Shown here one piece after another: positions 53,442 through 64,000 of a stretch of 64,000 bases of DNA. The number at the start of each line of letters is the position of its first letter. The stretch's first letter is position 1. This stretch comes from Octopus bimaculoides (taxonomy: Eukaryota), in contig NC_068997.1 of the NCBI RefSeq assembly GCF_001194135.2, forward strand, positions 5,396,196 through 5,460,195, read 5' to 3'. The position numbers and the translations under genes are program-made. The notes beneath the pieces are model-generated. The model saw only the letters and a program-made list of their open reading frames with translations. It was not told the origin of the DNA and did no database searches.

Positions 53442-54754
53442 TAAAAGATTGAGATATTTTTAACTTGACAATCTGTTACTCTCAGTATGGTGTGGCCATA
53501 TGTTATTTTTTTTTTGGTGGGCGGGGCTCGATCACAATATAAACATTAACTTCTTGAAAGTAAACCTAACCACATACAGTGAAGCTGCATTACACTGTAC
53601 ATGTTAGTGATTAAGGTGTCAATCAATCTATTTGGTCAGATTTGTAAACAATAATTTTTAAAATCAGCTCCAGAAGTATTGGAATAGGATATATGATTAA
53701 ATTAACCTTGGTATTTGGCTATTATTTTACAACCTCTAAAGGATAAAAAGCAAAGTTGGTACCAGCAGGACTTGAATTCAACACATTTATCACACTACAG
53801 ATCCAGCAGTCAACAATCCAATGAATTTCTGACATTAAACAAAACTACTAATCCAGTAGGAGAGGTACAGCTGCTGAAATGTAGCCTTTTTAAAGAACTG
53901 GTATTTCAGTACAGTTCTATATTTAAGAGATTCAGAGTTCGATTCCAGGCAGTGACCTGAATAATAATAATAATATCGAAAAATACCTTAGGAATGAGAA
54001 CCCAGGTTCAAAATTTCCCCCAAGACACCTGATGAAGGCTGGAGGGTAAATAATGTGGTATTTCAGTATCTCTATTCTGGAAGGATGACGAGTAGAGATG
54101 GATTTTGGTGAGATCTGAACTCAATTTGTAACTAGAACACATCTACAAATCGAATAATAGTAGAAATCAAACTGACCTTTGTACTAGACCAATACTATGA
54201 TAAAAATAATTTTTCTCTTGATTCCTAAACTACTAATGTTCCACAAAGAAAAAGCAAAAAAATGAATTTCTTCCAGGTTGTAATTATTTTCATTTTTAAT
54301 AAAATGTTTCACTTTGCAAAATAGTGTTTTTTTAATAAGTCACTTATTATATCATTATCATTTAACATCCCATTTTCCATGCTGGCATGGGTTGGATAGT
54401 TCAACAAAGACAAGCTAGGGGGCTGTACCAGATACTATGTCTGCTTTGGATAAAGAAACAAGGAGCAAGTATCTTGTTGAAGAGATGAATACATGGATTG
54501 CCCACCTGAAAACAGAGGGAGTGATGCTGATGATTTCTAAAAAGAATGAAATGGTGCTATACATGATTACCACCATCTAGAAATTTTGAAATAAGTAAAA
54601 AATTTTTGAAAAATAAATAAAATGAGAATTCTATGCAACTTTTCTTCATAATTCCTTAATTTCAATTTTCTAATCCTATTTCATATTATGAAGAAATTAT
54701 CTCCCATGTAATAGCTACCATCCCCAGGGAAATCAAGTATATTTGAATAATAAT

Positions 54755-55745
54755 AACTTCAAATTTTGGCACAAGGCCAGCAATTTTGGGGAAGATGGGT
54801 TAGTCAATTACATTGACCCCAGTGCTCAACTGGTACTTATTTTATCAACCCTGAAAGGCAGAATAGACCACAGGGGAATCTGAACTAAAAATGTAAACAG
54901 CCAGAAGAAATGATGCTAAATATTTTATCCAACAAACTAATGATTTTGTTAACTTGCCTTATAATTCTAATTTTGGTACATGGCCAGCAATTTTAGGAGT
55001 AGGGATTAGTCAATTACATAGACCCAGCATATGGAAGGTATTTTACGTTACCAACTCTAGAGCGATGAAGAGTATTGTTGACTGTGACAGGGTTTAAACT
55101 TAAAATGTGAAAAACCAGAACAAATACTGCAAGGCTTCTTTTTTTTTAAGGCCTCTAAAGATTATATCAATCCACTGCCCTCCTCCTAAAAATAATTCTA
55201 CTATAGGCACATATAGAAACAGGTTAGTCGATTAAATTGATTAGTACTCAGCTACTACTTTTTTTATTGATCTTGGCAAAATTTGAACTTGGAACATAAT
55301 GAGCTGAAAGAAAAGTTAAGAATAATAATGATTTCAAATTTTGGCACAAGGTCAGAAAATTCAGGAAAAGGGACTAGTTGATTACATTGAACCCTGTGTT
55401 CAACTCCTACTTATTTCATCAACCCCAAAAGGATGAAAATCGACCTCAGTGGAATTTGAACTCAGAATGTAAAGAGCGATGAAATGTCATTAAGCATTTT
55501 ACCTGGCATACTAACAATTCTACCAGCTCACCTTAATAATAATCCTTTCTACTAAAGGCAGAAAACCTGAAATTTCGGGGAGGGGACTAGTTGATTACAT
55601 TGACTCCAGTGTTTCATTTGTACTTGATTTATCGACATTGAAAGGATGAAAGGCAAAGTCATCTTCATCAGAATTTGAACTTAGAACATGAAAACGGACA
55701 AAATGCCACTAAGCATTTTGCTTGGTGTGCTAACAGTTTTGCTAG
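54755..55745 (-). mobile_element. Head-to-tail array of about 5 copies of the same SINE
   Basis: Copies at about 54755, 54965, 55200 (partial), 55330 and 55545, all on the minus strand, separated by AATAAT tracts. Confidence 0.85.
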
Positions 55746-58274
55746 CTATAATAATAAAAGAAAGATACAATGATGATAGTGATTCCTAACTTGAGGCAAT
55801 AGAAAATGATATTTGTTCAAAATAACCCAGTGGGACTGAACCTAGGAACTCATGGCTGCAAAGTGAACTTCTTAACCATTCAACCATACTGCAGCCACAC
55901 TTAAACACATGAAAGTACAGGTTTGCCACCAAATGAATTCACTCAGGTCTTCCAAGCCAACAAAGAGGCCATAAGCAGATGCTAGAAATAGCAGCAAAAT
56001 CTCCCTGTATCACATCTGACAGTCTAAGAGAGAGCCATGTTGAATAATGTGATGTTGGATTCCCTGTATATAGCAAAAATATATGGTAATGGCTGAAATA
56101 CAACTTGATCATAGGCTTGCATGATTCAGGTTGATCTGGAGTTGAACAACAACTATTAAATCTTTCTAGTTAACAAGTACTGCTGCATTAGTGATTCACA
56201 ACTGGAGTCCATATAAGACTTTGTTGTTGAAATTTATGTGCAATAAATTGATTATACTTCTACAATACACAAAATATTTTAATTCTTTTTTTTTATACAA
56301 TTCCTAATAATATTTAATTATAAAAATAACAGTAGAACTTTTTATATATACGCTGAATGACTATGTAGGTCCAGTAGAATAAAATAGAAATCAAAGGGAG
56401 CAATAAGCAAATAATTGAGAACTACTGCTCTACATGATTGCTGAACATGCTAGAAAAAGCCGCTAAATTTTCTCAAAGCACACTCCATCTTAACAAAGCA
56501 TATTAGTGTTGTCCAAAATTATAATTAGAAAAGAACCACTGTCATAGCTGGATTGCCTTTAAACATAGATCTGTTCAATAAAGGTTGACTTAGCGCTAAA
56601 TAACAACAGCAACTGGGTCTCTTTGTGCTTAAAATGCTTACTTGGGGGGTAATAATAGTTTCTGGCATAAGCTGAAGACCTTAAATTTGAGGGAGGGTAA
56701 GGAAACAGCTACTTAGATTGCACCCAGTATCTGACTAATACTTATTTTATCCTACACAAGTAAGGATGAACAATCTCATTAAAAATTTATTTGCTACAAA
56801 TTAATTGATAACAGAGGGTGGGGAGGTTGATAAAAATAAACACAATGTCACAAATATTTTAGGAGTTTATTTTCCTCAATAACAGTAATAATTCTTTCAG
56901 CAATTTTGAGGGGAGGGGCAAGTTATTTACATTTACCAGTATTTGACTGGTATTTTATCAACCCTGAAAGAATGAAAGGCTAAACTGATCTCAACAGGAT
57001 TATTGTGCCCTGGTACAAAACCAACATCTTGGAGGCTCAATGAAAAATCACTTCTATCAACATTTGTATTGCTATTTTATCAATAAATAGCAAAGCAGTG
57101 AGCTGGCAGAATTGTTAACATGTCAGGCAAAATACTTGGTGAGATTTCGTCCATCTTTGCCTTTCATCCTTTCGGAGTCAATAAAATAAATACTGAGGTT
57201 GATGTAATCAACTAGCCCTCTTCCCCGAAATTGCTGGCCTTGTACCAAAATTTGAAACCAATAGTCATGATTTCTTACAATTAGATTGCCATCCAGTAGA
57301 TAACTTGTGCTGTAAGGAACACTAAATACTTTATTCTACAACTAATGATTCAGATCAACTCCTAGCCTAAATAATGGAAAAAACTCACCTATCACGTAAT
57401 ACCACAATTATTAACGCAATCTCACAACTGATACTTATTGAGGAAGAAAGCTTATTTTTATTGGTTTCATAAAAAAAAAAGCATAATCCGATAGATTATC
57501 ATCTGAACCAAAGTGTAAAAAAAAAATATCTAGATGTTAAACCCACAGATAAACACAAACAAAATAATTATATTTAGCACAATGAGGTCACCAAACTCTG
57601 GCTTTTTAAAATTTTTTCATTCATTTTTTGTCATCACATGTGATAACAGCTCGACTACCCTCCATGACTTCTATAATTGGAAGTGAAGGTCACCAATGAG
57701 CAGAGGACTATAAAAAAATAAGTACCACAAAAAAGTAGATGGTTCTACCAGAATATATAAATACTGCAAATCAAGTAGAGTCAATTGTCTTAATCAATTG
57801 AAGGTTTTATTTCATCTTTTTCATTGTAACAGAACATAAACAGAACAAACCTCATATACAAATAATCAGTGAAGTTCACATAATGATTGATTACAAACAC
57901 ACACACACATTACATATGCCATTAGGAAATGTATCCTGCCATAGAGACCACTCCAAAGAAGACACTGAGGCTTGGTACAGCTGTCTGGCTCACCGGCTCC
58001 TGACATATCATGCCAGCATGAAAAAACAGACATTAAATCACACACACACATAGGTAAGAAGACGTGTACAGTAGATACAGACGAAGTGCTCACACCAAAA
58101 CAAATACCTAAAATCCGATTGAATGAAGGAATATGGAATCACTGCAAATAAAAGTTGGTTATAAATAATGTATTGGCGAAGCTAATGACAGGAAAATAAA
58201 ATAAAAGATGGATAGGTAGTTGCAAATTCATCAAATCCTTTATAAGACAGTTATAACTAAGTTATGATTTGATA

Positions 58275-58866
58275 CCTTTGTAACTACCTGTCCAGCAAAT
58301 CAGGTGGATCAGAAAAGGACATCACTGCAAGAAGCAAGAAGGGTTAGCAAGCCTTCGCTATTCTTCAGCAGGTATAGAAGTCCACTGCCATCTCAACTCG
58401 AACTAAACTCCGCTTATTTAGTTCAAACGTAAAATCTGTGCTTTTGTATGGCTCTGAAACATGGAGAGCCACCTGCAGCAACTACAAGAAAATCCAAACC
58501 TTCATCAACAAATGCCTCTGGCAGATCCACCATCTGAAGTGGTTCAACAGAGTGCCAAACACCGATCTGTGGGAAAGGGCCAACCAGGAGCCCATACATG
58601 TTCAGATTAGACGAAGGAAATGGAGATGGATCGGACATATACTGTGGAAAGAACCCTCAAATGACATGACAAGCACTTGACTGAAACCCGCAGGGGAAGA
58701 GGAAGCGAAGACACCCGAAGCAGACATGGAAGCGGAGCATTTTTGATGAGCTCAGGACCACCGGCCTGACATGGGAAGCAGCCAAGAAACACTCCAATGA
58801 CCGCAAAAAGTGGAAAATAACTGTTGAGGCACTATGCTCCAGAAGGGACAAAAGGGATTAAGAAGA
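58275..58866 (+). mobile_element. RTE-clade LINE 3' fragment
   Basis: RTKLRLFSSNVKSVLLYGSETW...QIRRRKWRWIGHILWKEP...PQGKRKRRHPKQTWKRS; contains stops. Confidence 0.9.
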
Positions 58867-59392
58867 ATATATATCTTCAATCTTGGCTCAAAACATCTCT
58901 CCTGTCCTTTGTTGGCTGTAGCTTTTCCTAGGGTATTGCCATGCACACCGACCATTGATCACCACACTTCATTTGCAAGGGGCTTTTGGGGGGGGGGGAG
59001 TTTAATTGGTCAATCTCAAAGGTCCATCTACTGTCTACTATTCAAAGATACCTGTGATTCCACATTTACCACAACTGTTCTTTCTTCAAAGTTCATACCA
59101 AACAGAATTCTTTCATGAGCTTGCTGCATTGTTCTTCCTTTACTAAAATTCCAGGTTTCTGAACCACGACTATTGGTTGTATGAACAATACAGCAAAAAG
59201 GAAAGTACCTTTGAAGTGTGTTCTACATATGTATACACACACAAATATATGGCCTAGTTCCACACATGTAATTTAGTAGGTTGGAAAAACCCAAAACAAC
59301 TGGTTAACAGAGTATTCATTAAAATTAGTAGTCCCTCTCTAGGAGTGTTTAAAATTTAAATACAAGAGAGGTAAATCCAATAAGTTCTAATA

Positions 59393-59504
<112 letters not shown>

Positions 59505-59820
59505 CCCATGCACTCATAATGTAAAGTTGCCACATATCTTCTCTATAGCAAGTCACCTATGCTTGTCTATCACATTTTAAGCGCAACACCTGGCATAATG
59601 ACACTTCCTTCTCTACTACAACCAATCAGTCAAGGGTCTTTTCTTTACCTTGTGACTTACTTGGCAACTTCAGTGTAGATGTCACTTCTAAAGCTGTAGA
59701 AACCATGCCGAAACAGTCAATGGAGATTGTTTGATCCTTAGAATTGAAGATGAACATTCAATGATGACATACACATAGATTATCTATCTATTTATACACA
59801 CACACACACATTTATATAAG

Positions 59821-59864
<44 letters not shown>

Positions 59865-60194
59865 NNNNNNNNNNNNNNNNNNNNNNNNNNNNNNNNNNNN
59901 NNNNNNNNNNNNNNNNNNNNNNNNNNNNNNNNNNNNNNNNNNNNNNNNNNNNNNNNNNNNNNNNNNNNNNNNNNNNNNNNNNNNNNNNNNNNNNNNNNNN
60001 NNNNNNNNNNNNNNNNNNNNNNNNNNNNNNNNNNNNNNNNNNNNNNNNNNNNNNNNNNNGACACATTTCTTGTGTCTCTGAAAGATTTAGAAATGTATTA
60101 TTTCTATTTTTGAAATCATTGAAAGTGTTTCACTAGAATTATTATATGTTTACAAGAGCTTGACAGGCATCTCCAACTAGCAGGCCATTGCTAC

Positions 60195-60237
60195 TCCAGA
60201 CTGATGACAAGCAAAGACTCAGAAACATGTCTCTGGA
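60195..60237 (+). ncRNA. Type I hammerhead ribozyme motif (stem II damaged)
   Basis: TCCAGA / CTGATGA / CAAG-CAAAGA-CTCA / GAAA / C-AT-G / TC / TCTGGA. Perfect 6-bp stem I, both core boxes, GUC site at 60229-31, 2-bp palindromic stem III. Confidence 0.72.
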
Positions 60238-61280
60238 TGCAGGCTTAGCTAGGTGGAGGGGCTTGTCTCACCCCTTGTAAACACATAAGGACACAGGAAA
60301 TGTGTTAAGGCCGACAGGAAGCGATGCTGCTTCCTAGGGCTAAATAGCAGTAGTATTATTCCCTTCATGGGACTGTCACATTAAGTTGACAGCATACAAC
60401 TACTTGTAGATATTGCCATAGTTATAAAATTGACTTGAAAGTTAATGTAGTTTCTTTGTTATTTGATACAAATACTCTACTCAGCATCTTTTTGCCAATA
60501 TCAATACTTTTAAAAATATATTTTGGGTGTTAAGTTTTAGCCGTGTCTCAATGAATTTATTTTTATCTTATTCATGAGAAGAGGATGTGGGAGCCATGAC
60601 CTTTACAGACCAGCCTCTTATGTTGTGGTCAATGTGTACTTTAAATATATAGAAATCAATGTCTTTGGAAGAAAAGAAAAAAAACATGACCAGGCAGAGA
60701 GAACCAAATGTATATACTTAGTTTAAATAATTGCAATAGACAGAACTCCTCTAAAAGTAACCAAGGACAGGGTTTAGTATTAGACAGGGGGATGTGTTAA
60801 ACCCGAGTTTGTATTTTTCTCCTACATTTCTTTTCATAAACATTAAGATGGGAGGAAACTAATTATGCTGGCTTGAGACGCCAATTAGCGAGCGTATTCA
60901 GCCAAACAGTGGAATAAATTGGTTTGCTGTAAATGGAAGAGAAACTTCTTTTTTTTCTTTTAATACATTATCTTTACCGTTCATAATTTCAAAAGTAGTA
61001 TTTGACATCAACCAAAACAGTGCAGTTCTCTTTTAATGAATGATAAGCAAAACAACAGCTTTATTAAGGATGTGATAGAGTAAAAAATATATAGTGCTAC
61101 TGCATGCCAATTCGGAGAGAAACAAAATAAAACCAACACACGAATATAACAATCTATAAAGAAAAACTTGCTTCATAGATGATTCTAGTAACATCCAAAC
61201 AGGCATGATAATTTGGCCATATGTTTATGTCCATTGGTGTGTTGCAATAGAAAAAAATGGGTAAAAATATACAATAAGCA

Positions 61281-61663
61281 CAGGAGTGGCAATGTGGTAA
61301 GTAGCTTGCTTACCAACCACATGGTTCTGGGTTCAATCCCACTGTGTGGCACTTTGGGTAAATTTCTTCTACTATAACCTTGGGCTGACCAAAGCCTTGT
61401 GAGTAGATTTGGTAGACGGAAACTGAAAGAAGCCTGTTGTCCATATTACGTGTGTGTGTGGTTGTTGAGTCTGTGTTTGTCACCCCACCATCACTTGATA
61501 ACCGATGGTGGTGTGTTTATGTCCCCGTAACTTATCTGTTCAGAAAAAGAGAACCCTTAGAATAAGTGCTAGGCTTACAAAGAATAAGTCCTGGGGTCCA
61601 TTTGTTCAACTAAAGATAGTGCTTCAGCATGGCCACAGTCAAATGACTGAAACAAGTAAAGAG
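61281..61663 (+). mobile_element. Full-length ~380-bp tRNA-derived SINE (second family)
   Basis: A-box-like TGGCAATGTGG, B-box GGTTCAATCCC at 61330-40, internal TG tract, tail ACTGAAACAAGTAAAGAG. Related copies at about 39106-39420 (-), 15180-15550 (-), 37858-38010 (+) and 6940-7110 (-). Confidence 0.85.
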
Positions 61664-62046
61664 GAATACAGTGACCTTTAGTCTGTCATAAACATAATTA
61701 TCTCGTTTGGCTCTTAAGCTTTGATTTAGATCACACGCCTCAGGTTCATTTGCATAAATTTTTTTTTTGTCATTAATTTTCTACACAGTTGTTAACACCC
61801 AACAGAGAGGGTTTTTATTTTGTTAACGGGTGAAGATCTTTATATAAACCGATGATTACCAAATATATATATATATATAGCACTGAAATCAATGAGACAT
61901 TCCTCATCTTCTCTCTCAAACAGAATATATACAAACATATATATATNNNNNNNNNNNNNNNNNNNNNNNNNNNNNNNNNNNNNNNNNNNNNNNNNNNNNN
62001 NNNNNNNNNNNNNNNNNNNNNNNNNNNNNNNNNNNNNNNNNNNNNN

Positions 62047-62080
<34 letters not shown>

Positions 62081-62323
62081 CATACATGCCCTAATTGTTC
62101 GAAACGCTTACTTTAGAATAGGTGCAGCTGATGAAGGAAATATTCTCTATGTGGCCTGTTTGTTTTCTGTGCTCTGTTTATGTTCTATTTTTCATTTTGT
62201 CCACGTTTTTTGCAACGTCCTGTACCCAGATATGCATCTATATATACATGTAAATGTAGGTATGTACATACATGTACGTATATATGCATATACTCACATA
62301 TTATTTGTATTATACATATGTAC

Positions 62324-62357
<34 letters not shown>

Positions 62358-62595
62358 GAACGGGAACGTGAAACTCAGAGTAACGGTTTTTTTGTTATAT
62401 TTCTGCTGCTTTTAAATAAAGCATATTACTCTACCTCTGGTATTTGAGTACTCTTTTCTCCACCTTGTTGCACATTTCATGTGCTTACTCCGGTATATAT
62501 ATACATATATAGATACACATATATATACACATATATATATACACATGTATACATATATATATGTGTGTATAAAAATATATATATACACATTCCCT

Positions 62596-63195
62596 TGAGT
62601 TCTGCACACAGTGTCAAGCAGAACTCGAGACAATTCAGTCTCACTATACAAAAAAAGTCTCCACAGTCCAACAGATGAACTACAGGGGGAGACTGAAAGC
62701 ACTAAGTCTCTACTCCCTGGAGTGCAGGCAGGAGAGATATATAATAATTTACATATGGAAAATATTGGAAGGACTGGTACCAAACTTTGGCATCACGTAC
62801 TACACGAATGCCCGCACAGGTCGGCACTGCACAGTACCAAGGGTACCGTCCACTGCATCTCACATAAGAACAGGGTTCTGCAACAGCCTCGGTTTCAGAG
62901 GACCTCAGCTCTTTAATGCTCTGCCAGAACAATTGAGAGACCTGCAAGACATGTATAGAGAGTTCTTCAAAACTAAACTTGACACTTTCCGATCCACGAT
63001 ACCAGACGAACCGATGGCTCGAAATGAGACACAGTTGAGTGCAGCGATGTTGCCATCGAAACTCTTGATTGGACTACATCAGGTGGTGGAGAAGAGCCAT
63101 GCAAGAAACGTGCAGAGAGCACAGCATAAGGGAAGGAAAGTCATGATGGTGCTCCAGCATGACCACAGCCACTTCGCTGAAACATAAATAAAAAA
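62596..63195 (+). mobile_element. CR1-clade LINE 3' fragment
   Basis: ELETIQSHYTKK...NYRGRLKALSLYSLECRQERYIIIYIWKILEGLVPN...GPQLFNALP, the typical CR1/L2 RT C-terminus; A-rich end. Confidence 0.85.
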
Positions 63196-63199
63196 AATA

Positions 63200-64000
63200 C
63201 ATATACACACACAGATATATACATATATATATATATATACACACACACACATATATACACACACACACATATATATACACACGCACACACATATATGCAT
63301 ATATACACACACACATATACACATATACACACACACACATACACACACACACATATACACACACACACATATACACATATACACACACACATACACACAC
63401 ATATACACACACACATATACACACACACACATACACACACATATATATACACACACACACACATATATACACACACACACACACATATATACACACACAC
63501 ACACATATATACACACACACACATATATACACACACACACACATACACATATATATATATATACNNNNNNNNNNNNNNNNNNNNNNNNNNNNNNNNNNNN
63601 NNNNNNNNNNNNNNNNNNNNNNNNNNNNNNNNNNNNNNNNNNNNNNNNNNNNNNNNNNNNNNNNNNNNNNNNNNNNNNNNNNNNNNNNNNNNNNNNNNNN
63701 NNNNNNNNNNNNNNNNNNNNNNNNNNNNNNNNNNNNNNNNNNNTACACATATATACACACACACATACACATATATACACACACACATATACATATATAC
63801 ACACACACACATACATATATACACACACACACATATACATATATACACACACACATACACATATATACACACACATACACATATATACACACACACATAC
63901 ACATATATACACACACATACACATATATACACACACATACACACATACACATATATACACACACACACACATATATACACACACACACATATATACACAC
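63200..64000. repeat. Compound (CA)/(TA) microsatellite with a gap
   Basis: Alternating ACAC/ATAT tracts; source of the spurious 285-308 aa ORFs. Confidence 0.95.

Noticed and set aside
63074-64000. 285-308 aa Cys/Val/Tyr-rich ORFs
   Set aside because: Translation of TG/TA microsatellite; the same applies to the YIYI, THTH and CVCV ORFs elsewhere.

Overview
AT-rich, microsatellite- and retrotransposon-dense animal DNA with 10 assembly gaps. The repeat families look to me like octopus/coleoid cephalopod; that assignment is an inference from memory, not a database result. The six-frame track mostly misses the main gene. On the minus strand I reconstructed 10 consecutive, phase-compatible GT-AG exons (38652 down to 4944) of HGS/Hrs (ESCRT-0 subunit), covering the VHS domain, FYVE finger, double-sided UIM and the start of the linker. 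The ATG exon was not found, and the 3' half of the gene lies left of position 1. The introns and the right flank hold three mariner elements (one nearly intact), RTE- and CR1-type LINE 3' fragments, clusters of tRNA-derived SINEs, a 31-bp satellite, foldback elements, several hairpins, and a CpG-undepleted domain at about 47.6-50.5 kb. The most notable non-gene signal is a type I hammerhead ribozyme motif at 60195-60237. It has a palindromic 2-bp stem III and sits inside a ~200-nt self-complementary element (retrozyme-like); stem II is damaged in this copy.
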